Source of the DNA: a virus
Reading direction: 5' to 3' (one strand)
Length of the DNA: 64,000 nucleotides
Virus record (IMG/VR): IMGVR_UViG_3300042988_000510
Coordinates: 1-64,000 of that record
The notes below the pieces were generated by a model, which was not told the origin of the DNA, did no database searches, and was given only the letters and a program-made list of their open reading frames with translations. Numbering within the stretch: the first letter of the stretch is position 1; each line of letters opens with the position of its first letter. The position numbers were made by a program, and so were the translations under genes. Positions 16,167 through 26,475 of this stretch are shown piece after piece.

Positions 16167-19100
16167 ATGTTCACACCCGCCGATCTCCGCTTTCCCCTCC
16201 TGCTGATCAAGTCCAAGAAGCTGTCTGATCAGCCTGGCATGGTCCTGATGGGTAATCCGCCCCGCTGGCACCAGATCAATCCTGGCGACGAGGCACCAAA
16301 GGACGTTCACCACGCCCTGTACAAGAAAGGCGAGATCGCATCCGCGAAAAAACTTTCCAAAGACCCGGAGTTCACCAAACTCCATCCAGACGAGCAGGTC
16401 AAGAAAGTCCAGGAGCACGCCAAGGCGGTTCAGGACAAGAACACAGCCAGTTCCAAGGCCGCCACGTTTATCAAGAAGGTGATAAGCGGTCAGCCGCCAC
16501 AGGCCGCCGAATGGAAGCACTGGATTGCGCAAAGCCGGGAAAAGCGTGCGGAGGATATTGCCAAGTTTGAGGCCGACCCGCAGGTCAAAGCCTACTGGGA
16601 TCAGGCGGTATCGACCTTCAAGGCCAAGGCGGCGGCCAACATCGAGCGGCATAAGGCCGAGGACAATCAGTCGGACAAACCGGAGCCGGTGAAAGCCGCT
16701 GAACCCCAGAAGGAGCGGGCAGTTGATGCGGACAAAAAGGCGGACACGGTTGAACCGGTCAAGGCAAAAGAGTCAGGGATCAAACCGCTGGATCACGGCG
16801 AACTGAATGTTCCCGGCAAGACCAACAAGATCAACGCGGAACTGGATAAGTACAAGGCGCAGCAGGCCAAGCAGGCCAAAGCCGACCAAAAGTCGGCGAC
16901 CGTTGACAAAAAAGCCAACAAGGCCAAGGCCAAGGAATTATTTGCCGAGCACGGTCAGGCCATGATCGACCGGTACAGCAAGAAGTTCGGTAAAAAAGAA
17001 ACGACCGACATGCTGGACGATCTGGTCAAGTGGCAGTCGACCAAGTTCATCCTCATGGTTGATAAGTACCTGAAGGAACTAGAGGCGGAAAAGGCTGAAT
17101 CAAAACAAGAGCCCGTTGCTGAGCCGGAAAAGGCCGAAGTCAAGCCAGAACCCGTCGCGGAATCCAAGCCGGCATCTGAGTCCGACGACGACTACGATGC
17201 CAAAATCCAGGAATACGCCACGGGCGCGACCTACAAGCAAAAAGCCTACAAGCTGCTATCGCAAGACCCCGAATGGCTAAAGCTGTCCGGCAAGCCCAAG
17301 TTCGACGTATTGCACGCCAAGTACCTGGAGTTGCAGTCAGCCGCATCCCTGTCCGGAGCTATGGCCAAGTTTAAAACGGCGCTGTTGTCCGGCAAGGCGC
17401 CAACCAAAGCACTGGTCGAGAAGTTCAACTCACTGAGTAAGGAAGACCAGGCCAAGGTGCTCAAGCCGGTGTTCGAGCAGAAGGACAAGGCCGAGATTGG
17501 GAATCTTCTGGAGCAGTCAGGGGCCAAGCCGGTGGAAAAACCCAAAGCGGACAAGCCCAAACACACCTTCAAGATCAAGCCGCATGAGGGCGGATTCAAG
17601 CTCGAAAGCGATAACGGTGGTGGCTTTGTCGCCAACAAACCCAAAGGGGGCATGAGCCTGTTTGGTTTGCCGCCCAAGGTGTTCAAGACCGAAGCCGATG
17701 CCCAAGCCTATCTCGACAAGAAGGGTATGACGATGGATGCGGGAGAAAGCCCCAAGGTCGACGACAGTCCCAAGGATGGCGATACCAAACAGGGCGCCGA
17801 TGGCCTGCTGGTGTTCAAGAATGGGCGCTGGCACAAGCAGGGTGAGCCGGAAAAGGCTGGCGGCGACAAGGTCTACCTCAATGTGCCGTTCCAGAAAAAG
17901 GACTTTGCCAAGCAGGCCGGCGCCAAGTGGGATTCCGTAAAAAAGCTGTGGTATGCGCCAGAAGCCAAGCAAGGCATGGCTACCGATTACGGGGTGAAGA
18001 TCAATCCCGGATTGACTCAGTTTATTCCCAAGGAAGTTGGACTGGTCAACCAAAAAGGCAACATCAACGCATCGGCGCTGGCGGAAAACCTGGCTATGTC
18101 CAGTGGCGAGCCGCATGAAATTCATGCAGCCAAAAACCCAAAGACCGGAGCCATGGGCTATTACGTAGCCAAGACAGATGGCACGCCGGCTGAAACCGGT
18201 TACGACGTGCTGGGCAACTGGGAAAAGCAGGGGCCTGTGGACGGGGACGGAATCAAGCAGTCAAAGGCTGAAACCAAAAAAACCGAGGGCGAGAAGTACA
18301 AGGACGAGTTGGTTAATGCGGCCAAGACGGGTGATGGTGCGATCCCGTTGCCAAAAGGCGTGCTGGCTAAAAAGCCGGTTGGGCTGAAGGGCATCGCTGG
18401 GGTTATGGTCGAACAGATCGAGAACGCCCACAGCGTGGGTGATCAGGATGCGCTTAAAAACATCAAAGCGAACCTGTTCACGCCGGCCGATTCCACTGGC
18501 AAGATCATTTATTCCGGCACCAATAAAAAGGCTGTCGAGGCGTATCTGGATGCGGCGATTGAGGACTTGAGCGGCGAGAAAAAGCTCACCAAAAAAGCCG
18601 TGGAGGCGTTGGCCTATGAGTTGGGTAAAAAGGCGCATGCGGCGGGCTATGCGGTGCCGGTTTTCGATCCGGAACTGATGAACCTGATCAAGCAACTACC
18701 CGAGTATGGGTCTGTATCCAAGGCGGCGTACAAGGCGTGGCAGAAGGGTAGGATTGAGGCCATGGCTGCCGCACCGATTCCTGGATGGTCCGAGGACGAG
18801 AATGCCGCCTTCCAGCAGGCTGTTAATGGCAAGCAACCGGCTGAGCCACAGACCGAAATCCACCACGGCGCGGCCTGGGTTGCGGCACTGGCTGAGGGCA
18901 AGAAGCCTGACAATGACACCGACAATGCGGTCGTCATAATGCCGGAGGAGCGGCAACAGGAACTGTTCACCAAAGCCGCTACCCTATGGGCCAAGGGCCA
19001 GAAACTGGATGCTGATGAGCACGGCGTGGCGTTGGGCAAGGTGGTGCTGAGCGATGTCATGAATGACCGCGAGCATCAGGAAGGCGACACCAAGACCGTC

Positions 19101-22100
19101 AACGGTGTCACCTATATCCTGCAAGGCGGTCGCTGGCATCGGCAGACCCCGAAAACCAAGGGTGAGGGTACGCCGGCACAGAAGTTGGCAGCTCTGCAGT
19201 CGCTGGATACGCAGGCGCTATTTCATAATATAACAAACGGTCAAGCTAGCCAGAAAACTGATCGTCACCTGGACGCTATGGGTCCGGACGCCAAGGCTAC
19301 TTTTTACAGCATGATGTCTGACTACGAAACAAAGTGGTCAGTAATTTACAAAAAAGGCGCTATCGCGGCAGCCGTTGGGCACCCGAATGAGGTTCTGACA
19401 AAAACAGGTCAATGGGTTCCGTTTGATCCTGATATGTCTGCGGCAGCAACACCTCCAGGTATAGTTTTCTGGCAAAAGGCGCTGGAGGAAGCCACTCTAG
19501 CCGCCAAAGATGAGCCCAGCAGTGGCCCGGAGAACCCCGACACGCCGCAATCGTTCGGGCATGGCACGGTGACCTTTACCGGGGCGCAAAAGCTCCACGA
19601 TTTACTGTCAAGCAAGGGCTGGGACGTGGCCGGCGGCCCGCATCACCAGATCAAATTTTTGAGTAGCAAATCCATTCAGGATTGGAGCGTGAGCCCGGCC
19701 GGCTGGATCGATGACAAGGCCGTCTGGCAAAAGAGCCAGTGGTACCTGAAGGACATGTTCCCGGCAGGCGCGGTTGTGGATGTTGCCGATACGAAGTGGG
19801 TCATCGAGCACAGCGCCAAAAGCCTGGATTTCGTCAATCAGCAGACCGGGCAGAAACAGTCGTTCAGCAAGAAGGAGCAGGTCGAGGATTTGCTGAACAC
19901 GCTTTGGCACAAGAACCCCACGATCATTCCGCCCGGGCATCCGGCCGGCAAGAAGATTCGCGACGAGGCGGCCGATCAGGTGGCGGTGGATTCTCCGACC
20001 ATTGAGCACAACGCCCTGTTGTTCAAAAAGGTGAATGGCGCTTGGAAATATAACTTCAACGACGCTGGACCCTGGTATGACATGCCGGACAGTTACCTGA
20101 GCGAGCACGGCAGCGCACTGGAATCCAAGCTGGCAGCGGCGCAGGGCACATCAACCGAACCCGCCGGACCCAAGATCATCTCCGGCAAGGAATTGATTGA
20201 TGAGTCCATGCCTGAGCAAACCAAGAATGCGCTCCTGACCGCTCAGTACAAGCAGGAGGATGGTCAGTGGTTTGTAATGAACTCCGGGTTTGCCGACTTT
20301 GGAAATTGGGTGCCTATTGATCCAAATGGCGCGTTCCTGAAACAGCACGGCGCAAAACTGAACAAGCTGGCGGGCATTATCGAGGAATCACCCGTCATCA
20401 CCTTAACCCTCCCGCATATTGGTGACGTCAACTACAAGAAGGTCGATGGCATCTGGATGACTGAAGACCAAAAGGGCAATCCCGACGCCGGCTGGCACAA
20501 GATCAACCAGGACGGGGTGATGGTCGCGGATTTGGAGCAAAAGCTCAAGGAAGTGCAGGGCGGCGGCTACGACCTGATGCAGCACCCGAAGGTCATGGGC
20601 TTTATCCAATCTATAGGTAATGGCATCAAGCCATCCGCTGGCGACAAGGCATTCGTTGACGCAGAGACCGTTGGCGAGTCCTACGACAAGGTGTTTACGG
20701 CTGCATCTGAGGCGTATGCCAAGAATCATGGTCTGGACCCGAGCGATGAGTCCGACAAGATGCTGGCTGAGGCGATTTCGCTTGATCTGTTGCTGAACCT
20801 TGGACACCCGCAAGAGGGCGACACCAAGACGGAAAACGGCATCACCTACCAGTTGATCAACGGTCGCTGGCATCGTGTGACGCCGAAGGATGAGGATGTC
20901 ATCACCGACTTGCCCGGCTACGAAGGAGCCAAGTTCAAGAAAAAAGGCGAAGAGTGGGTGTACCAGACAGCTAGTGGCGCTTGGGCGCCCGTCATAAACG
21001 GGAGCCAGATCGATAAGCTCGATGCCCACGCGGCCCCCAAGCCCAAGGCAAGCCCGATTGATGCGGTCAACATCGATGAGGGGTACAAGACCCACGCCAA
21101 AGCCGCAGACAAGATCGAGGCTGGCCTGAATGCGCTGAAGGAAAAGGCCAAAGCCGAGGGTATCAGCGCATGGAAGGGCGTCATCTCTATCAGCAAGGTC
21201 AAGGGCACCATCACGGTCAATTTGCCGGTCAGTGAGTACCAGATGCTGAAGCTGAAAATCATGCAGTACCATCTGGATGACCCGAGCACGACCAACAAGC
21301 CCTGGCTGGTCAATCTGGTCAAAGGCGTGATGGATATGAAAGTCGCCACCAAACTGGCATCCGGCAAAAAGCCCAAGAAACCAAAGAAGGTCGCGCCCAA
21401 GGAAACCAGCAGTGCTCCTGGGCTGTCGTCCAAGACCGAGTCGATTGACGACTGGAAGCAGATCGGCGGTCAGGGTGGTTACAACCCGGGCGGAACCTAT
21501 CGGGACGCCAACGGTGATGACTGGTATTGCAAGTTCCCTGATGGGGGTGAGCACAACGTCAAGAACGAGTTACTGGCGGTCAGTCTGTACAAGGCGGCCG
21601 GTCTGTTTGTGCCTGACGTCAAGTTGGTCACGCAAAACGGCAAGATCGGTTTGGCCAGCAAGATTGTCCAGGGAGCCAAGGAGGATAAGTCGTGGCTGAA
21701 AAACGGCGGTGGACCCGGTGTACTGGAAGGTTTCGCTATCGACGCCTGGCTGGCGAACTGGGACACGGTGGGCAATAACCCCGCCGAGGGTAAGGGGTTC
21801 GATAACATCCTCAAGATGCCCGACGGATCGGCGGTCAGAATCGATGCGGGCGGGGCCTTGCTGTATGGCGGGGCTGGCAGCCTCAAGGGCGAGAAGTTTG
21901 GGGATGTGGCCGACGAGATCGAGTCGCTTCGCAACCCAGGCACCAACCCGAATACCGCTCAGGTGTTTGGGAAGATGAGCGAGGCAGATATCAAGTCCAG
22001 CGTCATGACTCTTGCACAGCTTGATGACGGAAAAATCCAGGGACTGGTAATGCAGTATGGGCCTGGGGACTACTCCGAAAAGAAAAAACTCTATGAGAAG

Positions 22101-23234
22101 TTAGTTGCTCGCAAGAACAGCATTGTTAGCAAATTCCCGGATGTTCAATCAGAACTCCTGAAAAAGAAACTGGCCAAGTTTAATTGGAGCGGCATCAGCA
22201 CGCCACCCAACTTCCTAAACTGGGGTGATTCCGGAAAGCCGGGGCCGGCAACGTTACTGCAGAAGAATGAGGCAAATCAGGAGGGAGTCAACAAACTGTA
22301 CGAGGTTGCCAAGACCGGCAACATATCAGCCATCAGGAACCTGGATTTTCCGCTCTATGACAGTGGGGGGACCGTTACTGGTTACGCCAAAGCGTTGGAC
22401 CATCCGTCCCAGTACGTGAAGGGTTATGCCCAACAGGTCATCAACGAAATCAATTACCAGCTTAACCCGCCGGTCAAATTCAGGTTCACCGAAGGGCATC
22501 CGCTGGCGGCGCTGGACTCGGCGTTCCCGACAGCCAAGGTTGGAGAACATCCGCACAAGGTTGGCAAGTTCCTCGATTTGGGCGCACCGGGCGAGGTTGG
22601 TGTTGAAGATCTGGGACTGCCGGAAAAAGTCACTTACAAGGGCGGTAAACTCTCGACCTCAACGTATGCGTCGACGGCCAAGGCATTGGTCACCAAAATG
22701 CCCAAGTATCAGTTGCAGGCAGTGCAGTCTTATACCGGGTCGGGCTATCAGGAGATGAACAACGGCCTATGGAAAGGGAACCCCTCCGGTGCAGCCAAGA
22801 GTGCGGCCGAAGCACTACACACTTTGTCGCATGAGGTGACTCCAGGGACTATTCTGTCCAGAAAAATCGGCGTGCATGGCTCCGACCTTGAACAGCTTGT
22901 CGGGGCACTGGCAGGCGGCAAGGGCCAAGGCATGGTGGGTCATGTCCTGCAGGAGCCGGCCATCATGTCGACCAGTATCGACCCTGATGTCTGGAGCGGG
23001 AATGTTCACATTAAGATGAACATCGGCCCAGGCGTCAAAGGGCTTTATGTCGGGCCTGGGTCAGACCCAAACGGCGGCGCTGTCTCGTCACACGCCAGTG
23101 AAAAAGAACTGCTTTTGCCGCCAAACACCCGCATGATAGTGAACAAGATCAAAAAATCCGGCAGCGATGCGGATGGGTTTGGCCATGGGTCGGAGTACAT
23201 TATTGAGGTGACCGTCCTGCCGACGCAGGAATAG
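16167..23234 (+). CDS. Giant multidomain protein (2355 aa): DUF5710-like domain, repeats, PI3K/HipA-like kinase, C-terminal R-S-E ADP-ribosyltransferase
   Basis: 'YLNVPFQKKDFAKQAGAKWD..KKLWY'; kinase motifs 'GGYNPGG..YCKF..NELLA..DAWLANWD..RIDAGG'; ART motifs 'YTGSGYQEMN..L', 'SRK', 'MSTS', 'EKELLLPPN'. Confidence 0.8.
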   Translation: MFTPADLRFPLLLIKSKKLSDQPGMVLMGNPPRWHQINPGDEAPKDVHHALYKKGEIASAKKLSKDPEFTKLHPDEQVKKVQEHAKAVQDKNTASSKAATFIKKVISGQPPQAAEWKHWIAQSREKRAEDIAKFEADPQVKAYWDQAVSTFKAKAAANIERHKAEDNQSDKPEPVKAAEPQKERAVDADKKADTVEPVKAKESGIKPLDHGELNVPGKTNKINAELDKYKAQQAKQAKADQKSATVDKKANKAKAKELFAEHGQAMIDRYSKKFGKKETTDMLDDLVKWQSTKFILMVDKYLKELEAEKAESKQEPVAEPEKAEVKPEPVAESKPASESDDDYDAKIQEYATGATYKQKAYKLLSQDPEWLKLSGKPKFDVLHAKYLELQSAASLSGAMAKFKTALLSGKAPTKALVEKFNSLSKEDQAKVLKPVFEQKDKAEIGNLLEQSGAKPVEKPKADKPKHTFKIKPHEGGFKLESDNGGGFVANKPKGGMSLFGLPPKVFKTEADAQAYLDKKGMTMDAGESPKVDDSPKDGDTKQGADGLLVFKNGRWHKQGEPEKAGGDKVYLNVPFQKKDFAKQAGAKWDSVKKLWYAPEAKQGMATDYGVKINPGLTQFIPKEVGLVNQKGNINASALAENLAMSSGEPHEIHAAKNPKTGAMGYYVAKTDGTPAETGYDVLGNWEKQGPVDGDGIKQSKAETKKTEGEKYKDELVNAAKTGDGAIPLPKGVLAKKPVGLKGIAGVMVEQIENAHSVGDQDALKNIKANLFTPADSTGKIIYSGTNKKAVEAYLDAAIEDLSGEKKLTKKAVEALAYELGKKAHAAGYAVPVFDPELMNLIKQLPEYGSVSKAAYKAWQKGRIEAMAAAPIPGWSEDENAAFQQAVNGKQPAEPQTEIHHGAAWVAALAEGKKPDNDTDNAVVIMPEERQQELFTKAATLWAKGQKLDADEHGVALGKVVLSDVMNDREHQEGDTKTVNGVTYILQGGRWHRQTPKTKGEGTPAQKLAALQSLDTQALFHNITNGQASQKTDRHLDAMGPDAKATFYSMMSDYETKWSVIYKKGAIAAAVGHPNEVLTKTGQWVPFDPDMSAAATPPGIVFWQKALEEATLAAKDEPSSGPENPDTPQSFGHGTVTFTGAQKLHDLLSSKGWDVAGGPHHQIKFLSSKSIQDWSVSPAGWIDDKAVWQKSQWYLKDMFPAGAVVDVADTKWVIEHSAKSLDFVNQQTGQKQSFSKKEQVEDLLNTLWHKNPTIIPPGHPAGKKIRDEAADQVAVDSPTIEHNALLFKKVNGAWKYNFNDAGPWYDMPDSYLSEHGSALESKLAAAQGTSTEPAGPKIISGKELIDESMPEQTKNALLTAQYKQEDGQWFVMNSGFADFGNWVPIDPNGAFLKQHGAKLNKLAGIIEESPVITLTLPHIGDVNYKKVDGIWMTEDQKGNPDAGWHKINQDGVMVADLEQKLKEVQGGGYDLMQHPKVMGFIQSIGNGIKPSAGDKAFVDAETVGESYDKVFTAASEAYAKNHGLDPSDESDKMLAEAISLDLLLNLGHPQEGDTKTENGITYQLINGRWHRVTPKDEDVITDLPGYEGAKFKKKGEEWVYQTASGAWAPVINGSQIDKLDAHAAPKPKASPIDAVNIDEGYKTHAKAADKIEAGLNALKEKAKAEGISAWKGVISISKVKGTITVNLPVSEYQMLKLKIMQYHLDDPSTTNKPWLVNLVKGVMDMKVATKLASGKKPKKPKKVAPKETSSAPGLSSKTESIDDWKQIGGQGGYNPGGTYRDANGDDWYCKFPDGGEHNVKNELLAVSLYKAAGLFVPDVKLVTQNGKIGLASKIVQGAKEDKSWLKNGGGPGVLEGFAIDAWLANWDTVGNNPAEGKGFDNILKMPDGSAVRIDAGGALLYGGAGSLKGEKFGDVADEIESLRNPGTNPNTAQVFGKMSEADIKSSVMTLAQLDDGKIQGLVMQYGPGDYSEKKKLYEKLVARKNSIVSKFPDVQSELLKKKLAKFNWSGISTPPNFLNWGDSGKPGPATLLQKNEANQEGVNKLYEVAKTGNISAIRNLDFPLYDSGGTVTGYAKALDHPSQYVKGYAQQVINEINYQLNPPVKFRFTEGHPLAALDSAFPTAKVGEHPHKVGKFLDLGAPGEVGVEDLGLPEKVTYKGGKLSTSTYASTAKALVTKMPKYQLQAVQSYTGSGYQEMNNGLWKGNPSGAAKSAAEALHTLSHEVTPGTILSRKIGVHGSDLEQLVGALAGGKGQGMVGHVLQEPAIMSTSIDPDVWSGNVHIKMNIGPGVKGLYVGPGSDPNGGAVSSHASEKELLLPPNTRMIVNKIKKSGSDADGFGHGSEYIIEVTVLPTQE

Positions 23235-23268
23235 CTGTGCTATTATTGACATACAGAGGTTAGAGATC

Positions 23269-23808
23269 ATGGTCGACCAAAAATCAGATATTGCCAGCAA
23301 GCAGGGAAGCTCTGGCTGGCACATCGCGCTGGAAAAAGCGTCGGGAGCCAAGCCTTATCTTGGTGACACCGCCGTGGTGGATCGGCTGATCCGAGAATTT
23401 ATCAAGGGCGTCCTGGACCGGTTTGATGCGGTTCAGGAGGGCAAGATGCTGCCGGCTGAGGCCAGCGACATGGATAAGCAATCATGCGAAAGATACGGCA
23501 CCATCTTTGTGGGTGGTGACGGGCAATACGAAAGCATTGGCGCATGGAATAAAGATGGGTTGCCCTGCATGGTCGCAGCCAAATTTATCCAAGACATTCC
23601 GGCCATGGCTGACATGAATCAGTCCGGGGTTGTTATTCAGTTTTTCGCCATCTTGACGCACCTCGTCTATCAAGCCGAGAAACGGTACATGAAGTCGAGC
23701 AATGACGATGCGATGAAAAATGACATCGCCACTATCGTCCATTCTGCCGTTCTGGCTTTGGTTGGTGTTGAGTCTGGATTTGACAAGCTCTACGAGGTGG
23801 CCGAATGA
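23269..23808 (+). CDS. Hypothetical helical protein between the two effector genes
   Basis: 179 aa, preceded by an operator (23230-23244) and TTGACA; ATGA-coupled to the next gene. Confidence 0.7.
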   Translation: MVDQKSDIASKQGSSGWHIALEKASGAKPYLGDTAVVDRLIREFIKGVLDRFDAVQEGKMLPAEASDMDKQSCERYGTIFVGGDGQYESIGAWNKDGLPCMVAAKFIQDIPAMADMNQSGVVIQFFAILTHLVYQAEKRYMKSSNDDAMKNDIATIVHSAVLALVGVESGFDKLYEVAE

Positions 23809-26081
23809 CCGTTCTGCTTTTCAAAGCCCACAACAAGGGCTACACCCGGTCGGATGGCACGTATGTGGCTCCGTTTGACGACCGCAGGCAGCGCAAGGTG
23901 CTTCTGCATTCATCCAGCGGATCGATGACGGTAGACGGTAAGGTGTACAACGCGCCAAAAGGCAGGCAGATCGACCCTGACATGGGTATAGGGGATGCCA
24001 TGGCTCGATACGTTACGGGCACTCATGGCGACATGGACCTTCTGGTGTGGCATGGGACCAGCGCCGAGTATCTGGATTCTATCCTGTCCACAGGCATCCG
24101 CCCCAGCGAAAAGACCGAAGGCTTAGCCCGAAAAACGGACCACGGCAAGACGTTTGTCGCGGCCGACCGAAAGGATGCCCGGTCATTTGCTTACTCCGCG
24201 CTCAAGCATTTCCCTGGTTCGGATGCGGTGGTGTTGGCTATTCGCCTGCCGGCAGAAGCTAAGGACAAGTTTGACTACTTCCAGAACGGGATTGAGAGCT
24301 TTGCCGATATCCTCGGTGGAGTGCCGCCTGAATGGATTATTGGGTATCAGGTGATCAGCCTGAACGAGGATGGCACCTACGCTTATCACTACGAGCGGCT
24401 GGCCAAATCTGATGCCGTCGATGAAGGCGACTTCTATGTTGTCACTATCTGCGACAACGGCCATGTGCTGGCCAAGGCGCACAACAAGGGTTATACGCGC
24501 AAGGATGGAACCTACGTGGCGCCTTTCGACGATTCCCGCCAGAAAAAATACGTCTGGGTGTGGAAGAACGGCGTGGGCAAGAAAGTGCCCGCAGAGGCCG
24601 CAAACAAGCCCGTGGCAGCGCAAAAACCGAAAGGACAGGCGGATATGTTCGGGGGCGAGTCCAGTAAGCCCAAGACGATCCTGGGGTTCAAGCCACCTCC
24701 CAAGTACCCAGCCTATCACCCGAAGCTCAACGAGGACGGCAAGCCGCACGGCATCATGTACCCGTCGAAGGCATCCGCTCCGGAGACATGGCATGACCCG
24801 GAATCGGTGGCGACGTTTTTGCCCGGGGGCAAGTGCCCGCCTTCGCTGAACGGCATCCCCCTGAAAAAATGGGAGGACGCGCCAAAGACCGAGGCTGGCT
24901 GGAATTACGTCGAGGGTCAGGATCACAGCATCGAGGAGCCGGAACTGAAGGTGCCCAGCGGGGTGTCGGCAGGGTCCGGGGTGGTCGTCATTGAACCCGA
25001 TGGTCGGGTGTGGTTGGTTGACCCATCCAACCAGTTCGCCGGGTATCGCTCCACGTTCCCCAAAGGCCATCAGGATAAAGGTATCAACCTCCAGGCCAAT
25101 GCCATCAAGGAGTGTTTCGAGGAGTCAGGGATCAAGGTGGAAATCACCGGGTTCCTGGGTGACTTCATGCGCACCACCACCATGAGCCGGTATTACCTGG
25201 CTCGACGGGTGGCCGGGACACCAACCGATTGCGGCTGGGAGTCGCAGTCTGTCAAGTTAGCGCCCAAGGAGGACCTGCTGTCGGTCCTGAACCGCGAAAA
25301 CGATCAGGACATCGCCAAGGCCATCGAAGGCGTCAAAACCGGCCACGTGACCGAGGACGGCGTGGAATCAACCGAGGGCTGGAAAAAGGTCGGCCAGCAG
25401 CAGGGCTCCAATCCGGGTGGCAGTTTCGAGGATACGCACGGTCGCCAGTGGTACGTGAAATTTCCAGACACCCAAAAGCACGCGCATGCCGATGACCTTA
25501 TCAAGAACGAAATTCTGGCCGGCAAGCTCTATCAGGCGGCCGGTATCGAGGTGCCCGAGGCGAAGTTCGTCAAATACAAGGGGCAGCTTGGCATTGCCTC
25601 ACGCATGATGGACGGGCTGAAGATCGACAAAGGCAAGCTGAGCGCCAAGACCCCGGGTGTTGCCGATGGGTTTGCCGTGGACGCCTGGCTGGCAAATTAC
25701 GACGTGGCCGGGCTGGTTTACGACAATCTGCTGGTGTCTCCGGATGGGCGAGCCGTTCGTATCGATGCGGGTGGATCGTTGCTCTACCGGGCTCAGGGAG
25801 CGCCCAAAGGCGATAAATTCGGCGACACCGTGACCGAAACCGAGACCTACCTGAATGGCATCAACCCGCAGACCCTGCACGTGTTCGGTGGCATCACTCA
25901 AAAACAGAAGGAAGCCTCCGTGGCGAGGGTGGCTAGTATCGATGACGAGGCCATCAATACACTGGTGAACCGCTATGGTCCGGGCTCGAAAAAGGATCGT
26001 GCGGCACTGGCTGACAATCTGATCGCCCGCAAGCATGACCTGCTAAAACAATTTCCAGGGGCAAAAAAATTCATGGACTAG
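23805..26081 (+). CDS. Multidomain protein: HGT-type ART-like domain, Nudix hydrolase, PI3K/HipA-like kinase
   Basis: 'WHGTSAEYLDSILSTGI'; Nudix-like 'PKG...NAIKECFEESGI'; kinase motifs 'GSNPGG..YVKF..NEILA..DAWLANYD..RIDAGG'; duplicated 'KAHNKGYTRxDGTYVAPFDD'. Confidence 0.8.
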   Translation: MTVLLFKAHNKGYTRSDGTYVAPFDDRRQRKVLLHSSSGSMTVDGKVYNAPKGRQIDPDMGIGDAMARYVTGTHGDMDLLVWHGTSAEYLDSILSTGIRPSEKTEGLARKTDHGKTFVAADRKDARSFAYSALKHFPGSDAVVLAIRLPAEAKDKFDYFQNGIESFADILGGVPPEWIIGYQVISLNEDGTYAYHYERLAKSDAVDEGDFYVVTICDNGHVLAKAHNKGYTRKDGTYVAPFDDSRQKKYVWVWKNGVGKKVPAEAANKPVAAQKPKGQADMFGGESSKPKTILGFKPPPKYPAYHPKLNEDGKPHGIMYPSKASAPETWHDPESVATFLPGGKCPPSLNGIPLKKWEDAPKTEAGWNYVEGQDHSIEEPELKVPSGVSAGSGVVVIEPDGRVWLVDPSNQFAGYRSTFPKGHQDKGINLQANAIKECFEESGIKVEITGFLGDFMRTTTMSRYYLARRVAGTPTDCGWESQSVKLAPKEDLLSVLNRENDQDIAKAIEGVKTGHVTEDGVESTEGWKKVGQQQGSNPGGSFEDTHGRQWYVKFPDTQKHAHADDLIKNEILAGKLYQAAGIEVPEAKFVKYKGQLGIASRMMDGLKIDKGKLSAKTPGVADGFAVDAWLANYDVAGLVYDNLLVSPDGRAVRIDAGGSLLYRAQGAPKGDKFGDTVTETETYLNGINPQTLHVFGGITQKQKEASVARVASIDDEAINTLVNRYGPGSKKDRAALADNLIARKHDLLKQFPGAKKFMD

Positions 26082-26139
26082 GTTTTTCTATTCTTTCTGG
26101 TACAATAGCACTGCTAGTTAACTGGAAAGGAGATGAACT

Positions 26140-26475
26140 ATGTGGTTGTGCTTAAAAGAAGGATTTCTGTCGATTGTTGATAAGGATGTTGCCGAGGGTC
26201 AGTTGTTGGTTCGGTCGCGGGTCAAGGAGCACATCACCCGCTACTGGCCTGACGCCGATGTAAAGCGGACGCCTGGTACTCATCGGGACTACCTGTACCG
26301 GGCCAGTATCAGCCGAGATGATGTTGCCAAAGTGATTGCGGATTACGTCATGAACGACATCTCCGAGGGCAACTTCAAGGCGTCGGTCACGGATCGCAAG
26401 CTCCATAGGGTGCTCATGCGGGCTTGGGGCGTGTTTGCTGAACTGCAGGAGATACCTCCGTACTCTGACGGGTAA
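26140..26475 (+). CDS. Conserved-looking phage hypothetical protein
   Basis: AGGAG RBS; upstream TGGTACAAT -10 overlapped by an operator (26104-26118). Confidence 0.75.
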   Translation: MWLCLKEGFLSIVDKDVAEGQLLVRSRVKEHITRYWPDADVKRTPGTHRDYLYRASISRDDVAKVIADYVMNDISEGNFKASVTDRKLHRVLMRAWGVFAELQEIPPYSDG

